NCBI RefSeq assembly: GCF_947495725.1
Contig: NZ_CANLZZ010000003.1
Coordinates: 240,341 to 304,340 of the forward strand
Direction: 5' to 3'
Length of the DNA stretch: 64,000 nt
Source of the DNA: an uncultured Lutibacter sp.
GTDB taxonomy: Bacteria > Bacteroidota > Bacteroidia > Flavobacteriales > Flavobacteriaceae
Position numbers and translations under genes: made by a program. Shown here one piece after another: positions 17,273 to 27,753 of the stretch (positions are counted from its first letter, which is position 1; the number at the start of each line of letters is the position of its first letter). A model generated the notes under the pieces. That model ran no database searches. It was given only the letters and a program-made list of their open reading frames with translations, and was not told where the DNA came from.

Positions 17273-17614
17273 ATGAAAAAAATTGAAGCAATAATAAGAC
17301 CCTCAAAATTAAAGGATGTACAAAAAGGGTTAAAAGAGGCAGGAATTCCATGTATAACAGTGGCTCCCGTAAAAGGTACAGGCTTACAAAAAACATATTC
17401 GGAACATTATAGAGGAACAGAACAATCTATGATTCTTCAATCTAGGGTATTAATTATGTGCGTTGTTAGTGATAATAACATGGAAAAATGTATCGATGTT
17501 ATTTTAGACAATGCATCAGATGGAGAAACAGGTGATGGTAAAATCTTTATTTATGATGTTGCTGAAGCCATTAGAATTAGAACTAAAACAAGAGGTAAAG
17601 AAGCTATTCTTTAA
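17273..17614 (+). CDS. glnK: P-II nitrogen regulatory protein (GlnK-type, linked to amt)
   Basis: 113 aa with MKKIEAIIRP...TGDGKIFIYDV..IRIRT, the canonical P-II core. The T-loop is divergent (GTGLQKTYSEHYRGTEQS). Confidence 0.9.
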   Translation: MKKIEAIIRPSKLKDVQKGLKEAGIPCITVAPVKGTGLQKTYSEHYRGTEQSMILQSRVLIMCVVSDNNMEKCIDVILDNASDGETGDGKIFIYDVAEAIRIRTKTRGKEAIL

Positions 17615-17660
17615 TATTTTTATAAAAAAATTAGTAGTTTAGCTAGATAAATTTAAAATT

Positions 17661-18155
17661 ATGAAAATTTATCTAGCTATTTTGTTTCTGGTAGTTTCTT
17701 CCAATATGATCTCTCAAAACACCTTACAATTAAATGATAAAAACTCACCAAATGCCTCAATTAACGATGTCTCTTGGATAGCTGGTTATTGGGTTGGCGA
17801 TGCTTTAGGAGGCCATGTTGAAGAAGTATGGACCACTCCTCTTGGAGATTCCATGATGGGTTCATTTAAATTAGTAATTGATGAAAAAGTGAAATTTTAT
17901 GAATTTTGTACAATATCACAAGAAAATAAAAGCCTAATTTTAAGAATTAAACATTTTAACAACGATTTAAAAGGATGGGAAGAAAAAGAAAATTCAGTTG
18001 AATTTCCATTAGTGAAATTAGAAACAAATAAAGCTTATTTTGACGGACTCACTTTTGAGAAAGTTAGTAAAGACAAATTAACAATGTATGTTGTTTTTAA
18101 AAATAATGGTAAAGAACCTGTTGAAATGAAATTTCAATACAAATTAAAAAAATAA
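17661..18155 (+). CDS. Secreted hypothetical protein
   Basis: 164 aa with an N-terminal signal peptide. No confidently recalled family. Confidence 0.55.
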   Translation: MKIYLAILFLVVSSNMISQNTLQLNDKNSPNASINDVSWIAGYWVGDALGGHVEEVWTTPLGDSMMGSFKLVIDEKVKFYEFCTISQENKSLILRIKHFNNDLKGWEEKENSVEFPLVKLETNKAYFDGLTFEKVSKDKLTMYVVFKNNGKEPVEMKFQYKLKK

Positions 18156-18160
18156 GATGA

Positions 18161-19579
18161 TTATTCTAATTTTGGTAAAACAAAACTGTCTAAAACGCTA
18201 GCCTCTTTCATTAAAAGTTCAATCGCTTCTGAAGTTCTTGGAGCTTTGGATGATAAATTTATAGGTCCTTTGTCTGTTATTAATATATCATCTTCAATTC
18301 TTACCGCAATATCCCACCATTTTTCATCACAATTACTTCCTTTTGGAATATATATTCCTGGCTCAACCGTAATAACCATATTTTCTTTTAATTTTCCAAA
18401 ATTTGAAGCATCATGCACATCTAATCCTAAGTGATGCGATGCCATATGAGGATAATAATTATGGTAATCATTTTCACTATCAATAATTCCCAATTCAACT
18501 AAGCCCTTATTTATAATATCTTTTGAAACTTTATTTGGTTTTGTAAATGATGATCCAACTTTAGCAGCTTTAATAGCTGCTTCTTGCGCCTTATATACTA
18601 AATCGTAAATTTGTTTTTGCTCTGTTGAAAAAATACCATTTGCTGGTATTGTTCTTGTTACATCTCCCGTATAACCGTGATATTCGGCTCCTAAATCCAT
18701 TAAAACTAATTTCCCATCTTCAACTTCAACTTTGTTATTTTCAATATAATGTAAAATACAGCCATTTCCTCCTGCACCAACTATTGATGGATAACCCTCA
18801 TATTCAGCTCCATATTTTTTGTAGACAAACTCATGAACACCTTGTACTTCTAATTCTGACATTTTTGGGTGCATTGCTTTCATAATTTCAATTTGTCCAA
18901 TTGCCGAAATTTCAATAGCCTTTTTTAGTAAAACAAGTTCATCTTTTGTTTTAATTTCTCTAAGTGAAGCCATAAAATATGGTAAGGATTTTTTATTGAT
19001 TTTTCGCTCGTCAACATTTTTTAACTTTTTTTCAAATGATGCAATTAAATTATATAAATCGGCTTCTTCCCTTGTATTTCTAACATCATTGTGCAGGTTT
19101 TGAAATAAAATTGTACTGTATTTCGAAAAATCTATTGCTATATTTAAAAAGGTTGTTCCATTAAAAACATCTTTATAACCTAATTTATCTTTAGCTCCAT
19201 TAATTCCTAGGCGTTTACCATACCACATTTCTAAGTATTCATTCTTTTCTTGAACAAACAATAATTCATTAAATGATTTATTATTAAGTTTTTGTTCTTC
19301 CTTAAAAATTAAAACCAAAGAATGTGGTTCTTTAAAGCCTGTTAAATAATAAAAATTAGGATCTTGATGATATAAATAATCAACATCATTTGACCTATTT
19401 CGAATAGGGTTTGCAAAAATAATAGCAACACTATTTTTAGGCATTAATTTACGTAAAGCTTCTCTCCTTTCTTTATGAAAATTATTACTTAAATAATCTT
19501 CTGGTAAATATGGGTTTTGAGCATTTAATTTCATTAAAACACCTAGAAAAACGAAAACAATAAATTGAAATTTGTTCAT
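18161..19579 (-). CDS. Xaa-Pro aminopeptidase (M24B), secreted
   Basis: 472 aa with a signal peptide. It has an aminopeptidase-P N-terminal domain and a pita-bread fold with metal ligands (LMDLGAEYHGYTGDVTRT, HHLGLDVHD, VEPGIY). Confidence 0.9.
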   Translation of the reverse strand: MNKFQFIVFVFLGVLMKLNAQNPYLPEDYLSNNFHKERREALRKLMPKNSVAIIFANPIRNRSNDVDYLYHQDPNFYYLTGFKEPHSLVLIFKEEQKLNNKSFNELLFVQEKNEYLEMWYGKRLGINGAKDKLGYKDVFNGTTFLNIAIDFSKYSTILFQNLHNDVRNTREEADLYNLIASFEKKLKNVDERKINKKSLPYFMASLREIKTKDELVLLKKAIEISAIGQIEIMKAMHPKMSELEVQGVHEFVYKKYGAEYEGYPSIVGAGGNGCILHYIENNKVEVEDGKLVLMDLGAEYHGYTGDVTRTIPANGIFSTEQKQIYDLVYKAQEAAIKAAKVGSSFTKPNKVSKDIINKGLVELGIIDSENDYHNYYPHMASHHLGLDVHDASNFGKLKENMVITVEPGIYIPKGSNCDEKWWDIAVRIEDDILITDKGPINLSSKAPRTSEAIELLMKEASVLDSFVLPKLE

Positions 19580-19766
19580 TAATAATAATTAAAACTATTT
19601 TATTCAAATATAGAAAAATTAAAAAAAGTTCCTTTGTATATTTTAAACATTGCTTTTACATGTCTTTTTAATTCTATAATAGTATGTAATAGATAAGGAA
19701 ATATAACTTAATATAATTTATATCTTTTAAATATTACTATTTTAGCAGTCGAAAAATACAATTACA

Positions 19767-20849
19767 ATGAAAAATACAGCATTATCACATATTCATGAAA
19801 ATTTAGGAGCAAAAATGGTGCCTTTTGCGGGTTATAATATGCCTGTACAATACGAAGGTGTAAACGCAGAACACGAAACCGTAAGAAACGGAGTTGGTGT
19901 TTTTGATGTATCTCATATGGGCGAATTTTTAATTGAAGGAGAGAACGCTTTAGAATTGATTCAAAAAGTAACTTCTAATGATGCAAGTAAACTTGAAATT
20001 GGAGATGCACAATATAGCTGTCTGCCTAACAAAATTGGTGGAATTGTTGATGATTTAATTGTTTATCGAATTAAAGAAAACACCTATTTGTTGGTGGTAA
20101 ATGCTTCTAATATTGAAAAAGACTGGAATTGGATTTCGGAAAACAATAGTATGAAAGCCGAAATGAAGAATCTTTCAGAAGGATATTCTCTATTAGCAAT
20201 TCAAGGGCCAAAAGCTGTTGAAGCTATGCAAAGCTTAACTTCTGAAGATTTATCTGCTATTAAATTTTACACTTTTAAAGTGAACGATTTTGCAGGAGTT
20301 GAACACGTAATAATTTCAGCAACTGGTTATACTGGTTCTGGCGGATTTGAAATTTACTGTAAAAACAGTGAAGTTGAACAAATTTGGAATAAAGTTTTTG
20401 AAGCAGGTAAAGACTTTGGAATTAAACCAATTGGTTTAGCTGCACGCGATACTTTACGTTTAGAAATGGGATATTGCTTATACGGAAATGATATAAACGA
20501 CAGTACATCGCCTATTGAAGCAGGATTGGGTTGGATTACTAAATTCACAAAGAATTTCACAAATTCTGAAGCCTTAAAAAAGCAAAAAGAAAAAGGTGTT
20601 TCGAAAAAATTAATTGCTTTTGAAATGATAGATAAAGGAATTCCTCGTCAGCATTATACAATTGTTGATGCTAATGGTATTAAAATTGGAGAAGTAACTT
20701 CAGGAACTATGAGTCCTTCACTTAAAAAAGCTATTGGTTTGGGATATGTATCAACAGAATTTTCTAAAAAAGATTCAGAAATTTATATTCAAATACGTAA
20801 AAAAACTATTAAAGCAAAGGTAGTTAGATTGCCTTTTTATAAAGGGTAA
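19767..20849 (+). CDS. gcvT: Glycine cleavage system aminomethyltransferase (T protein)
   Basis: 360 aa. The N-terminal [13 protein letters not shown] and FDVSHMGEF are typical GcvT. Confidence 0.93.
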   Translation: MKNTALSHIHENLGAKMVPFAGYNMPVQYEGVNAEHETVRNGVGVFDVSHMGEFLIEGENALELIQKVTSNDASKLEIGDAQYSCLPNKIGGIVDDLIVYRIKENTYLLVVNASNIEKDWNWISENNSMKAEMKNLSEGYSLLAIQGPKAVEAMQSLTSEDLSAIKFYTFKVNDFAGVEHVIISATGYTGSGGFEIYCKNSEVEQIWNKVFEAGKDFGIKPIGLAARDTLRLEMGYCLYGNDINDSTSPIEAGLGWITKFTKNFTNSEALKKQKEKGVSKKLIAFEMIDKGIPRQHYTIVDANGIKIGEVTSGTMSPSLKKAIGLGYVSTEFSKKDSEIYIQIRKKTIKAKVVRLPFYKG

Positions 20850-20869
20850 AATCAAAAATATACTTATTT

Positions 20870-20899
20870 AAAGGTGCTAAATAATTTAGTGCCTTTTTT
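20870..20899. terminator. Bidirectional terminator between convergent gcvT and the acyltransferase gene
   Basis: AAGGTGCTAAAT (20871-20882) pairs with ATTTAGTGCCTT (20885-20896) using G-U wobbles, followed by a T-run. Confidence 0.6.
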
Positions 20900-21445
20900 T
20901 TACAAATTAAAAAATTCAGGTATTTTCCCTTTTACGCCTCTGTAAAAATCAAAAATATAATTCTTGTCTTTTTCCATATCTTCGGTTAAATAATACGGTT
21001 CTGAGATTTTAACTTGTTTGTTTCCAAAATCAAATGTCATCATTACAATAGGTACGTTAGCCCCTTTTGCAATATGGTAAAACCCTGTTTTCCAAGTATC
21101 AACTCGTTTTCTTGTTCCCTCTGGAGACAAAGCTAAAATAAAATTTTGTTTGCTATTAAAAATATTCACAATAGCTTCCACTTTGTTTTGGCTTTTACTT
21201 CTATCAATTGGTGCCCCACCTAATTTTCTAAAAATAAAACCAAATGGAGGCTTAAAAAGTGATGCTTTTCCAATATAATTAGCAGGAACTTCTTGAATTA
21301 ATTTTACAGCCAAACCCAATAAAAAATCTTGCCAATGAGTATGGGGCGCACCTATAATAACATATTTTTTTATGTCCTTAGGGCACTCACCAACTATTTT
21401 CCAGCCAAATATTTTATTAAAAATAAAAAGGGTAATTTGTTTCAT
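20900..21445 (-). CDS. Lysophospholipid (1-acyl-glycerol-3-phosphate-type) acyltransferase family protein
   Basis: 181 aa with the HX4D motif (HTHWQD) and SPEGTR, both typical of the PlsC family. Confidence 0.8.
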   Translation of the reverse strand: MKQITLFIFNKIFGWKIVGECPKDIKKYVIIGAPHTHWQDFLLGLAVKLIQEVPANYIGKASLFKPPFGFIFRKLGGAPIDRSKSQNKVEAIVNIFNSKQNFILALSPEGTRKRVDTWKTGFYHIAKGANVPIVMMTFDFGNKQVKISEPYYLTEDMEKDKNYIFDFYRGVKGKIPEFFNL

Positions 21446-21529
21446 TGTTGATAACTCAATACTGAAATTGTTAGAAGTATTGGGGAGGCAAATATAAAAA
21501 CATTAATTTTATATGCTAATTTAATTAAC

Positions 21530-22852
21530 ATGAACAACATAATAATCTTTGTAGTTATTGCCATTATTTTTATGGTAATTGGCTTTATAATTGGTAAACT
21601 TATAACTAAAAACACCTATGAAAAAAGGGTCTCTGAATTAGATACAACTAATAAACTTTTACTTCAGAATAAAGATGCTAAAGCAAATGATATTAAAGAG
21701 TTAAACAATAGAATGTCTTTATTAGCAAATGAAAAGCATGACTTAGATATTGCACTTGCTCAAAAAAACTCTGAGTTTAATAATTTAAAAGAAAAGCTAG
21801 AAGAAAATAAAGCAGAAGTTGAAAAACTTCAAGAAAAATTCACAAAAGATTTTGAAATTTTAGCCAACAAAATATTAGAAGAAAAATCTTCGAAGTTTAC
21901 CGAACAAAACAAAGAAAATTTAAAAACAATTTTAAATCCTCTTCAAGAAAAAATTCAAACTTTTGAGAAAAAAGTTGAAGAAACACAGAAGGAAAGTATT
22001 GGAATGCACTCAGCCCTTAAGGAACAGTTAAGCGGACTTAAAGATTTAAATTTACAAATGAGTAAAGAAACAGTGAATTTAACCAAAGCATTAAAAGGTG
22101 ATAGTAAAATTCAAGGAAATTGGGGAGAATTAGTATTAGAACGTGTATTAGAAAAATCGGGCTTAGAGAAGGACAGAGAGTATTTTGTACAACAAAGTTT
22201 TACAACCGCAGCTGGAAAACGTGTTTTACCCGATGTTGTAATTCATTTACCAGATAATAAAAAAATGATTATCGACTCTAAAGTTACCTTAACAGCTTAC
22301 GAACGTTATGTGAATGCCGAAGAAGACAATGATAAAGATGTTTATTTAAAAGAGCATGTAGCATCACTAAAGCGTCATATTGAACAATTGAGCGAAAAAA
22401 ATTATCAAGAATTATATCAAATTGAATCCCCTGATTTTGTATTGTTATTTATTCCTATTGAACCTGCTTTTGCAATAGCACTTAATTCGGATAATCAACT
22501 GTATAACAAGGCTTTCGAAAAAAATATTGTTATTGTAACACCAACTACCTTACTTGCAACTTTACGTACTATTGATAGTATGTGGAATAATGAAAAACAA
22601 CAAAAAAACGCCATTGAAATTGCTTTACAAGCAGGGCGTTTATATGATCAGTTTGTAAATTTAACTAACGATTTAATTAAGGTTGGAAACCAATTAAAAA
22701 CAGTGCAAGGATCATATGATGTTTCAATGAAAAAATTAACTGGTACAGGTAATTTGATTAAAAAAGTTGAAACTATTAAAAAATTAGGAGCTAAAGGAAT
22801 CAAAAATTTTAATGATAAACTACTTGAAAGAGCATTGGAAGATGAAAATTAA
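21530..22852 (+). CDS. rmuC: DNA recombination protein RmuC
   Basis: 440 aa with an N-terminal TM helix, a long coiled coil, and the C-terminal RmuC nuclease-like domain (GNWGELVLERVLE..., PDVVIHLPDNKKMIIDSK). Confidence 0.9.
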   Translation: MNNIIIFVVIAIIFMVIGFIIGKLITKNTYEKRVSELDTTNKLLLQNKDAKANDIKELNNRMSLLANEKHDLDIALAQKNSEFNNLKEKLEENKAEVEKLQEKFTKDFEILANKILEEKSSKFTEQNKENLKTILNPLQEKIQTFEKKVEETQKESIGMHSALKEQLSGLKDLNLQMSKETVNLTKALKGDSKIQGNWGELVLERVLEKSGLEKDREYFVQQSFTTAAGKRVLPDVVIHLPDNKKMIIDSKVTLTAYERYVNAEEDNDKDVYLKEHVASLKRHIEQLSEKNYQELYQIESPDFVLLFIPIEPAFAIALNSDNQLYNKAFEKNIVIVTPTTLLATLRTIDSMWNNEKQQKNAIEIALQAGRLYDQFVNLTNDLIKVGNQLKTVQGSYDVSMKKLTGTGNLIKKVETIKKLGAKGIKNFNDKLLERALEDEN

Positions 22853-22853
22853 T

Positions 22854-22886
22854 AAAAAAAGCCTGCTAAATTGCAGGCTTTTTTTA
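22854..22886. terminator. Bidirectional terminator between convergent rmuC and the peroxiredoxin gene
   Basis: AAAAAAAGCCTGCTAAATTGCAGGCTTTTTTT: stem GCCTGC/GCAGGC flanked by A and T runs. Confidence 0.8.
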
Positions 22887-22896
22887 TTTTCATTAA

Positions 22897-23580
22897 TTAC
22901 TTTTTAAGTACTTTTTTTAATACAGTATCTTTATCTAATTTTCTAGTACAAAAATACCAATCTTTACACTCCATATCTTCTTTACCTTGCATTCTGTTTT
23001 CTGCAGTACCGCAAGAACCTGCAGGTCCAATAATTACATCGTCACCAGGATTCCAATCAGCTGGTGTTGCTACTTCAAATTTATCTGCAGCTTGTAATGC
23101 AACTACAACTCTATACAATTCATCAAAATTACGTCCTAAACTAAGTGGGTAATAAATAATAGCTCTAATAATTCCTTTTGGATCAACAAAAAATACTGCT
23201 CTTACAGCTTTTGTTGAACTTTCATTAGGTTGAAGCATACCATATTTTTTGGCAACACTCATAGTAATATCTTCAATTAAAGGAAATTTTACTTCTACAT
23301 TTTTCATTCCTTTATATTCAATTTTTTCTTTAATTGAACGTAACCAGGCAATATGACTATACAAGCCGTCTATTGATAAACCAACTAACTTACAGTTTGC
23401 TTTTAAAAATTTTTCTTCTAAAGAAGCAAAAGTTATAAATTCAGAAGTACAAACTGGTGTAAAATCTGCAGGATGGCTAAATAATATTACCCAATCCCCT
23501 TTATAATCATTAGGAAAATGTATATTTCCTTGTGTAGTAACAGCCTTGAATTCAGGAGCCTTATCTCCTATTCTTGGCAT
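22897..23580 (-). CDS. Peroxiredoxin (Prx6/1-Cys-like) with a Cys-containing C-terminal tail
   Basis: ORF 22897..23607, with the likely start MPRIGDKAPEF at 23580. The peroxidatic motif is FTPVCTSE. The C-terminal tail is GSCGTAENRMQGKEDMECKDWYFC. Confidence 0.9.
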   Translation of the reverse strand: MPRIGDKAPEFKAVTTQGNIHFPNDYKGDWVILFSHPADFTPVCTSEFITFASLEEKFLKANCKLVGLSIDGLYSHIAWLRSIKEKIEYKGMKNVEVKFPLIEDITMSVAKKYGMLQPNESSTKAVRAVFFVDPKGIIRAIIYYPLSLGRNFDELYRVVVALQAADKFEVATPADWNPGDDVIIGPAGSCGTAENRMQGKEDMECKDWYFCTRKLDKDTVLKKVLKK

Positions 23581-23704
23581 TGCAATAATTTCTTGTTCTG
23601 TTTCCATTATCTCTTTTTTTTATATTAATATTTAACACCTAAAGTTATAACATCAACAGCCATAAAATTGTAACTAAACTTACTTAGTGAAGTTAAAATT
23701 AGGT

Positions 23705-23737
23705 TAAAAAAAAGTCTCGCTAATTAGCGAGACTTTT
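23705..23737 (-). terminator. Rho-independent terminator after glyA
   Basis: Stem GTCTCGCTA (23714-23722) pairs with TAGCGAGAC (23725-23733). On the minus strand a T-run follows. Confidence 0.8.
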
Positions 23738-23758
23738 AAATTTTATTTAAAATTGATT

Positions 23759-25033
23759 TTACCAATTAAATAATGCTCTATCAGACATTAACTCATTTAC
23801 TTTTTCTGCTACAGTTTCTATAATTTCTTCATTTTCACTATTCATAATTACTTCATCAATTAAATTAACAATAGTAGCCATATCGTTTTCTTTTAAACCA
23901 CGAGTTGTAACAGCTGCAGAACCAATTCTAATCCCAGATGTTACAAATGGAGATTTGTCATCAAATGGAACCATATTTTTGTTTACAGTAATATCAGCTT
24001 TCACCAATGCATTTTCAGCATCTTTACCACTAATATCTTTATTTCGTAAATCAATTAACATACAATGATTATCTGTTCCTCCCGAAATAATTTCATATCC
24101 TTTACTTACAAATGCTTCAGCCATAGCAGAGGCATTCTTTTTAACTTGAATTTGATAATGTAAAAAATTATCAGTTAAAGCTTCACCAAAGGCAACAGCT
24201 TTAGCAGCAATAACATGCTCTAATGGTCCACCTTGATTTCCAGGAAATACTGCCGAATTAATTAATGTTGACATCATTTTCAACTTTCCGCTTTTTAACT
24301 TTAAACCAAATGGATTTTCAAAATCTTTACCAATCATAATCATTCCACCACGTGGTCCACGTAATGTTTTATGAGTTGTAGTAGTTACAATATGGCAATG
24401 AGGAATAGGATCGTTTAAAATACCTTTAGCAATCAAACCTGCAGGATGAGAAATATCGGCCATTAGAATTGCTCCTACTTCGTCTGCAATTTCTCTAAAT
24501 TTAGCAAAATCCATATCTCTAGAATAAGCAGAGGCACCAGCTATAATTAACTTTGGCTTATGCTCTTTAGCTTGTTTTTCTAAGTGAGAATAGTCAATTC
24601 TACCCGTTGCTTTATCTACTCCGTAAAAAACAGGATTATATAATTTTCCCGAAAAATTTACAGGAGAACCATGTGTTAAATGTCCTCCATGAGATAAATC
24701 AAACCCTAAAATTGTATCTCCAGGTTTTAAACAAGCCGCGTAGACAGCTGTATTTGCTTGTGAACCAGAATGAGGTTGTACATTTACATATTCAGCTCCA
24801 AATAATTCTTTAGCTCTATCAATAGCAATTTGCTCTATAATATCAACAACTTCACAACCCCCATAATAACGTTTATTTGGATATCCTTCAGCATATTTAT
24901 TTGTTAATATTGAACCTTGAGCTTCCATAACTTGTTCACTTACAAAGTTTTCAGAAGCTATAAGTTCTAATCCACTTGTTTGTCTTTTTTTCTCGTCTTG
25001 AATTAAATCAAAGATAATTTGATCACGTTGCAT
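23759..25033 (-). CDS. glyA: Serine hydroxymethyltransferase
   Basis: 424 aa with LELIASENF, the PLP Lys region [14 protein letters not shown], and overall SHMT architecture. Confidence 0.95.
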   Translation of the reverse strand: MQRDQIIFDLIQDEKKRQTSGLELIASENFVSEQVMEAQGSILTNKYAEGYPNKRYYGGCEVVDIIEQIAIDRAKELFGAEYVNVQPHSGSQANTAVYAACLKPGDTILGFDLSHGGHLTHGSPVNFSGKLYNPVFYGVDKATGRIDYSHLEKQAKEHKPKLIIAGASAYSRDMDFAKFREIADEVGAILMADISHPAGLIAKGILNDPIPHCHIVTTTTHKTLRGPRGGMIMIGKDFENPFGLKLKSGKLKMMSTLINSAVFPGNQGGPLEHVIAAKAVAFGEALTDNFLHYQIQVKKNASAMAEAFVSKGYEIISGGTDNHCMLIDLRNKDISGKDAENALVKADITVNKNMVPFDDKSPFVTSGIRIGSAAVTTRGLKENDMATIVNLIDEVIMNSENEEIIETVAEKVNELMSDRALFNW

Positions 25034-25086
25034 TAGTAGTTACCTATTTTAAAAGTTAAATTATGTGCAAAAATAGTAATTTCATT

Positions 25087-25115
25087 TTGGATTTAGTAAA
25101 TAACTTCTATATTTG
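25087..25115 (+). promoter_or_regulatory. Bacteroidetes-type promoter for the fumarylacetoacetase gene
   Basis: TTG (25087-25089), an 18-nt spacer, then TATATTTG (25108-25115). A second -7-like box, TAAGTTTG, lies at 25141-25148. Confidence 0.45.
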
Positions 25116-25153
25116 ATTAGAAAAATGTTAACAATACTTAATAAGTTTGAAAT

Positions 25154-26437
25154 ATGAAAATAACAGCTAATAATCCGGACAGAAAATCGTGGCTAAATGT
25201 AGTTAATGGTTGTGATTTTCCAATTCAAAATATACCATTTGGGGTTTTTATTACTAAAGATGATATTATTACAATAGGAACTCGAATTGGTGAATATGCA
25301 ATTGACTTAGGTGCATTTCATCAATTAGGTTATTTTAATGGTATTCCATTAACCGATGATATTTTTATGCAAGATTCTTTAAATGATTTTATTGCAGATG
25401 GTAGAAAAACTTGGAGATTGGTAAGAAATAGAATTGCGGATGTATTTGATGCTGAGAACAAAACATTAAGAGATAACCCAAAACATAGAGAAGCAATTAT
25501 TTTTGATGTAAATGAAGTTGAAATGTTATTACCAATTGATGTTGGAGATTTTACCGATTTTTATTCGAGTAAATATCATGCTCAAAACGTTGCAGAAATT
25601 TACAATTTAAAAAATGGTCCCTTACAAAATAACTGGTTACATATGCCACTTGGTTTAAATCAAAGAGCTTCTTCTGTTGTGGTTTCAGGAACGCCAATTA
25701 AAAGACCTTATGGACAAACTCTTTCTAAAGACGGAACTACACCTGTCTTTGGACCTTCTGAAAAATTAGATATGGAGGTTGAAACAGCTTTTGTAACAAC
25801 AGCAGCTAATCATTTTGGAGAACCAATTCCAGTTGATGAAGCTGAAGAGTATATTTTTGGAATGGTATTATTAAACGATTGGAGTTCTAGAGATGTTCAA
25901 CAATGGGAGTCTAAGCCTTTAGGACCTTTTTTAAGTAAAAGTTTTGCTTCAACTATTTCACCATGGATAGTAACTTTAGATGCCTTAGAACCTTGGAGAT
26001 GTGAAAGTCCTAAACAGGAAAAATTACTTCCATATCTTAAACCAAAAAACACTGCAAATAGTTTTGATATTAATTTAAACACGTATTTAGAAACCGAAAA
26101 TGGCGATTTAAATTTAATTAGTGAATCTAACTTCAAAAATATTTATTGGACTATGACACAGCAACTTGCACATCAAACAATAAATGGTTGTAATGTACGT
26201 GCAGCAGACTTGTTTGGTAGTGGAACAATATCTGGAGAAAGTAATAAAAGTGTTGGTTCTTTATTTGAATTAACTTGGAACGGTGAGCAACCTATAAAGT
26301 TAAAAGATAACTCAGAACGCACCTATTTAAATAATGGCGATAATATTATTTTAAGAGGCTATTGTAAAAACGATACAACCAGAATAGGTTTTGGTAAATG
26401 TACCGGTAAAATAGTTCCTTCAAAAAAGAAAAAATAA
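25154..26437 (+). CDS. Fumarylacetoacetase
   Basis: 427 aa. An N-terminal FAH domain (FPIQNIPFGVF) and a C-terminal FAA-hydrolase domain (DFTDFYSS, LNDWSSRDVQQWE, FGSGTISG) match eukaryote-like FAH. Confidence 0.9.
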   Translation: MKITANNPDRKSWLNVVNGCDFPIQNIPFGVFITKDDIITIGTRIGEYAIDLGAFHQLGYFNGIPLTDDIFMQDSLNDFIADGRKTWRLVRNRIADVFDAENKTLRDNPKHREAIIFDVNEVEMLLPIDVGDFTDFYSSKYHAQNVAEIYNLKNGPLQNNWLHMPLGLNQRASSVVVSGTPIKRPYGQTLSKDGTTPVFGPSEKLDMEVETAFVTTAANHFGEPIPVDEAEEYIFGMVLLNDWSSRDVQQWESKPLGPFLSKSFASTISPWIVTLDALEPWRCESPKQEKLLPYLKPKNTANSFDINLNTYLETENGDLNLISESNFKNIYWTMTQQLAHQTINGCNVRAADLFGSGTISGESNKSVGSLFELTWNGEQPIKLKDNSERTYLNNGDNIILRGYCKNDTTRIGFGKCTGKIVPSKKKK

Positions 26438-26454
26438 CCTTTAATAAAATAATT

Positions 26455-26489
26455 AAAAAAGCTCTAAATTAAATTTTAGAGCTTTTTTT
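26455..26489 (+). terminator. Rho-independent terminator after the fumarylacetoacetase gene
   Basis: AAAAAAGCTCTAAATTAAATTTTAGAGCTTTTTTT. Confidence 0.8.
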
Positions 26490-26547
26490 ATATAGTTTTG
26501 GCATCAAAATTGAAAACCACATTAAACAACCCAAAAATTCTTGTATT

Positions 26548-27738
26548 ATGAAACTAAAATTACCTTTATTTTTATTTGCTATAGCTATAATTTTTAGTTG
26601 TAGCAGCGTAAAAAAAACACAAGAAGCAATTAACTTTGGAAATTATGATGAGGCCATTAATATTGCACTTAAAAATTTAAGAACTAATAAGACAAAAAAA
26701 AGTAACCAACCATACATTAAAATGCTAGAAACAGCTTTTAAAAAGGTTACTGAAAGGGATTTGAATAAAATTGATTTTCTAAAAAAGGATGGAAACCCAG
26801 CCAACTTAGAAGGTGTATATAATATGTTTGTTAATTTAGAAAATAGACAACAACAAATTATTCCTTTACTTCCTTTATATAATATTAGTACTGGAAAAGA
26901 AGCTCAATTTAGAATTCGCAACTATAATAATGATATTTTAAACGCTAAAAATGACTTAGCTAATTACCTATATACAAAAGCTAAAAGTGTTCTAGAAAAC
27001 TCAAAAAATAAATTCGATTTTAGAAATGCTTTTGAAGATTTAAATTATTTAAATGATCTAAATCCTGAATATATGGATGTTGCAAAACTAATGGACGAAG
27101 CGCATTTTAAAGGAACTGATTTTGTTTATGTAACTATGTTAAATAAATCTCGAAAAGTTATTCCGATGAGATTAGAAAAAGATTTATTAGATTTTGACAC
27201 TTATAAATTAAATAATTTCTGGACAGTTTATCATAATAATCGTCAAGGAAATATAAATTATAACTACCAGTTAGAAATTTTGTTAAGAGAATTAAATATT
27301 TCACCTGAAAGTATAAAAGAAAAAGAATCTCTTTTGGAAAAAAAAGTAAAAGATGGCTGGGAATACAAAAAAAATTCTGATGGTGAAATATTAAAAGACA
27401 GTATTGGGAAAAAAATAAAAATTGATATTTACAAGCGTGTAAAATGTAAAATTAATGAGGTTTACCAAACAAAGTCAACTCAGGTTATTGGACAAGTAAA
27501 ATATTACAATCTAAATACAAATCAATTGTTAAAATCATTTCCTTTAACTAGTGAATTTGTTTTTGAAAATATTTACGCAACATATATTGGCGATAAAAGA
27601 GCTTTATCAAAACAACAAAAAGCATACGTTGGAAATACATTTATTAAGTTTCCAACAAATGAACAAATGATTTATGATAGTGGTGAAAATTTAAAGTCCA
27701 AAATAAAGACAATAATTTCGAAATATAAATTTCAATAA
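26548..27738 (+). CDS. Hypothetical lipoprotein
   Basis: 396 aa with lipobox IFSCSS. No family recognised. Confidence 0.6.
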   Translation: MKLKLPLFLFAIAIIFSCSSVKKTQEAINFGNYDEAINIALKNLRTNKTKKSNQPYIKMLETAFKKVTERDLNKIDFLKKDGNPANLEGVYNMFVNLENRQQQIIPLLPLYNISTGKEAQFRIRNYNNDILNAKNDLANYLYTKAKSVLENSKNKFDFRNAFEDLNYLNDLNPEYMDVAKLMDEAHFKGTDFVYVTMLNKSRKVIPMRLEKDLLDFDTYKLNNFWTVYHNNRQGNINYNYQLEILLRELNISPESIKEKESLLEKKVKDGWEYKKNSDGEILKDSIGKKIKIDIYKRVKCKINEVYQTKSTQVIGQVKYYNLNTNQLLKSFPLTSEFVFENIYATYIGDKRALSKQQKAYVGNTFIKFPTNEQMIYDSGENLKSKIKTIISKYKFQ

Positions 27739-27753
27739 AAAACAAAAGCAATT

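Noticed and set aside
19580-19766. A glycine riboswitch upstream of gcvT. I also looked for a lysine riboswitch upstream of lysA (9574-9726) and a Mn (yybP-ykoY) riboswitch upstream of the Nramp gene (828-999).
   Set aside because: These regions are almost pure A/T and lack the GC-containing conserved cores of those riboswitch classes. No plausible multi-stem structure is visible.
21530-22852. RmuC, the SPFH protein (42909-43739) and the LOG-like protein as components of an anti-phage defence system.
   Set aside because: They are dispersed and each is flanked by housekeeping genes and its own terminators. They have canonical housekeeping architectures, and no partner nuclease, sensor or effector genes are adjacent.
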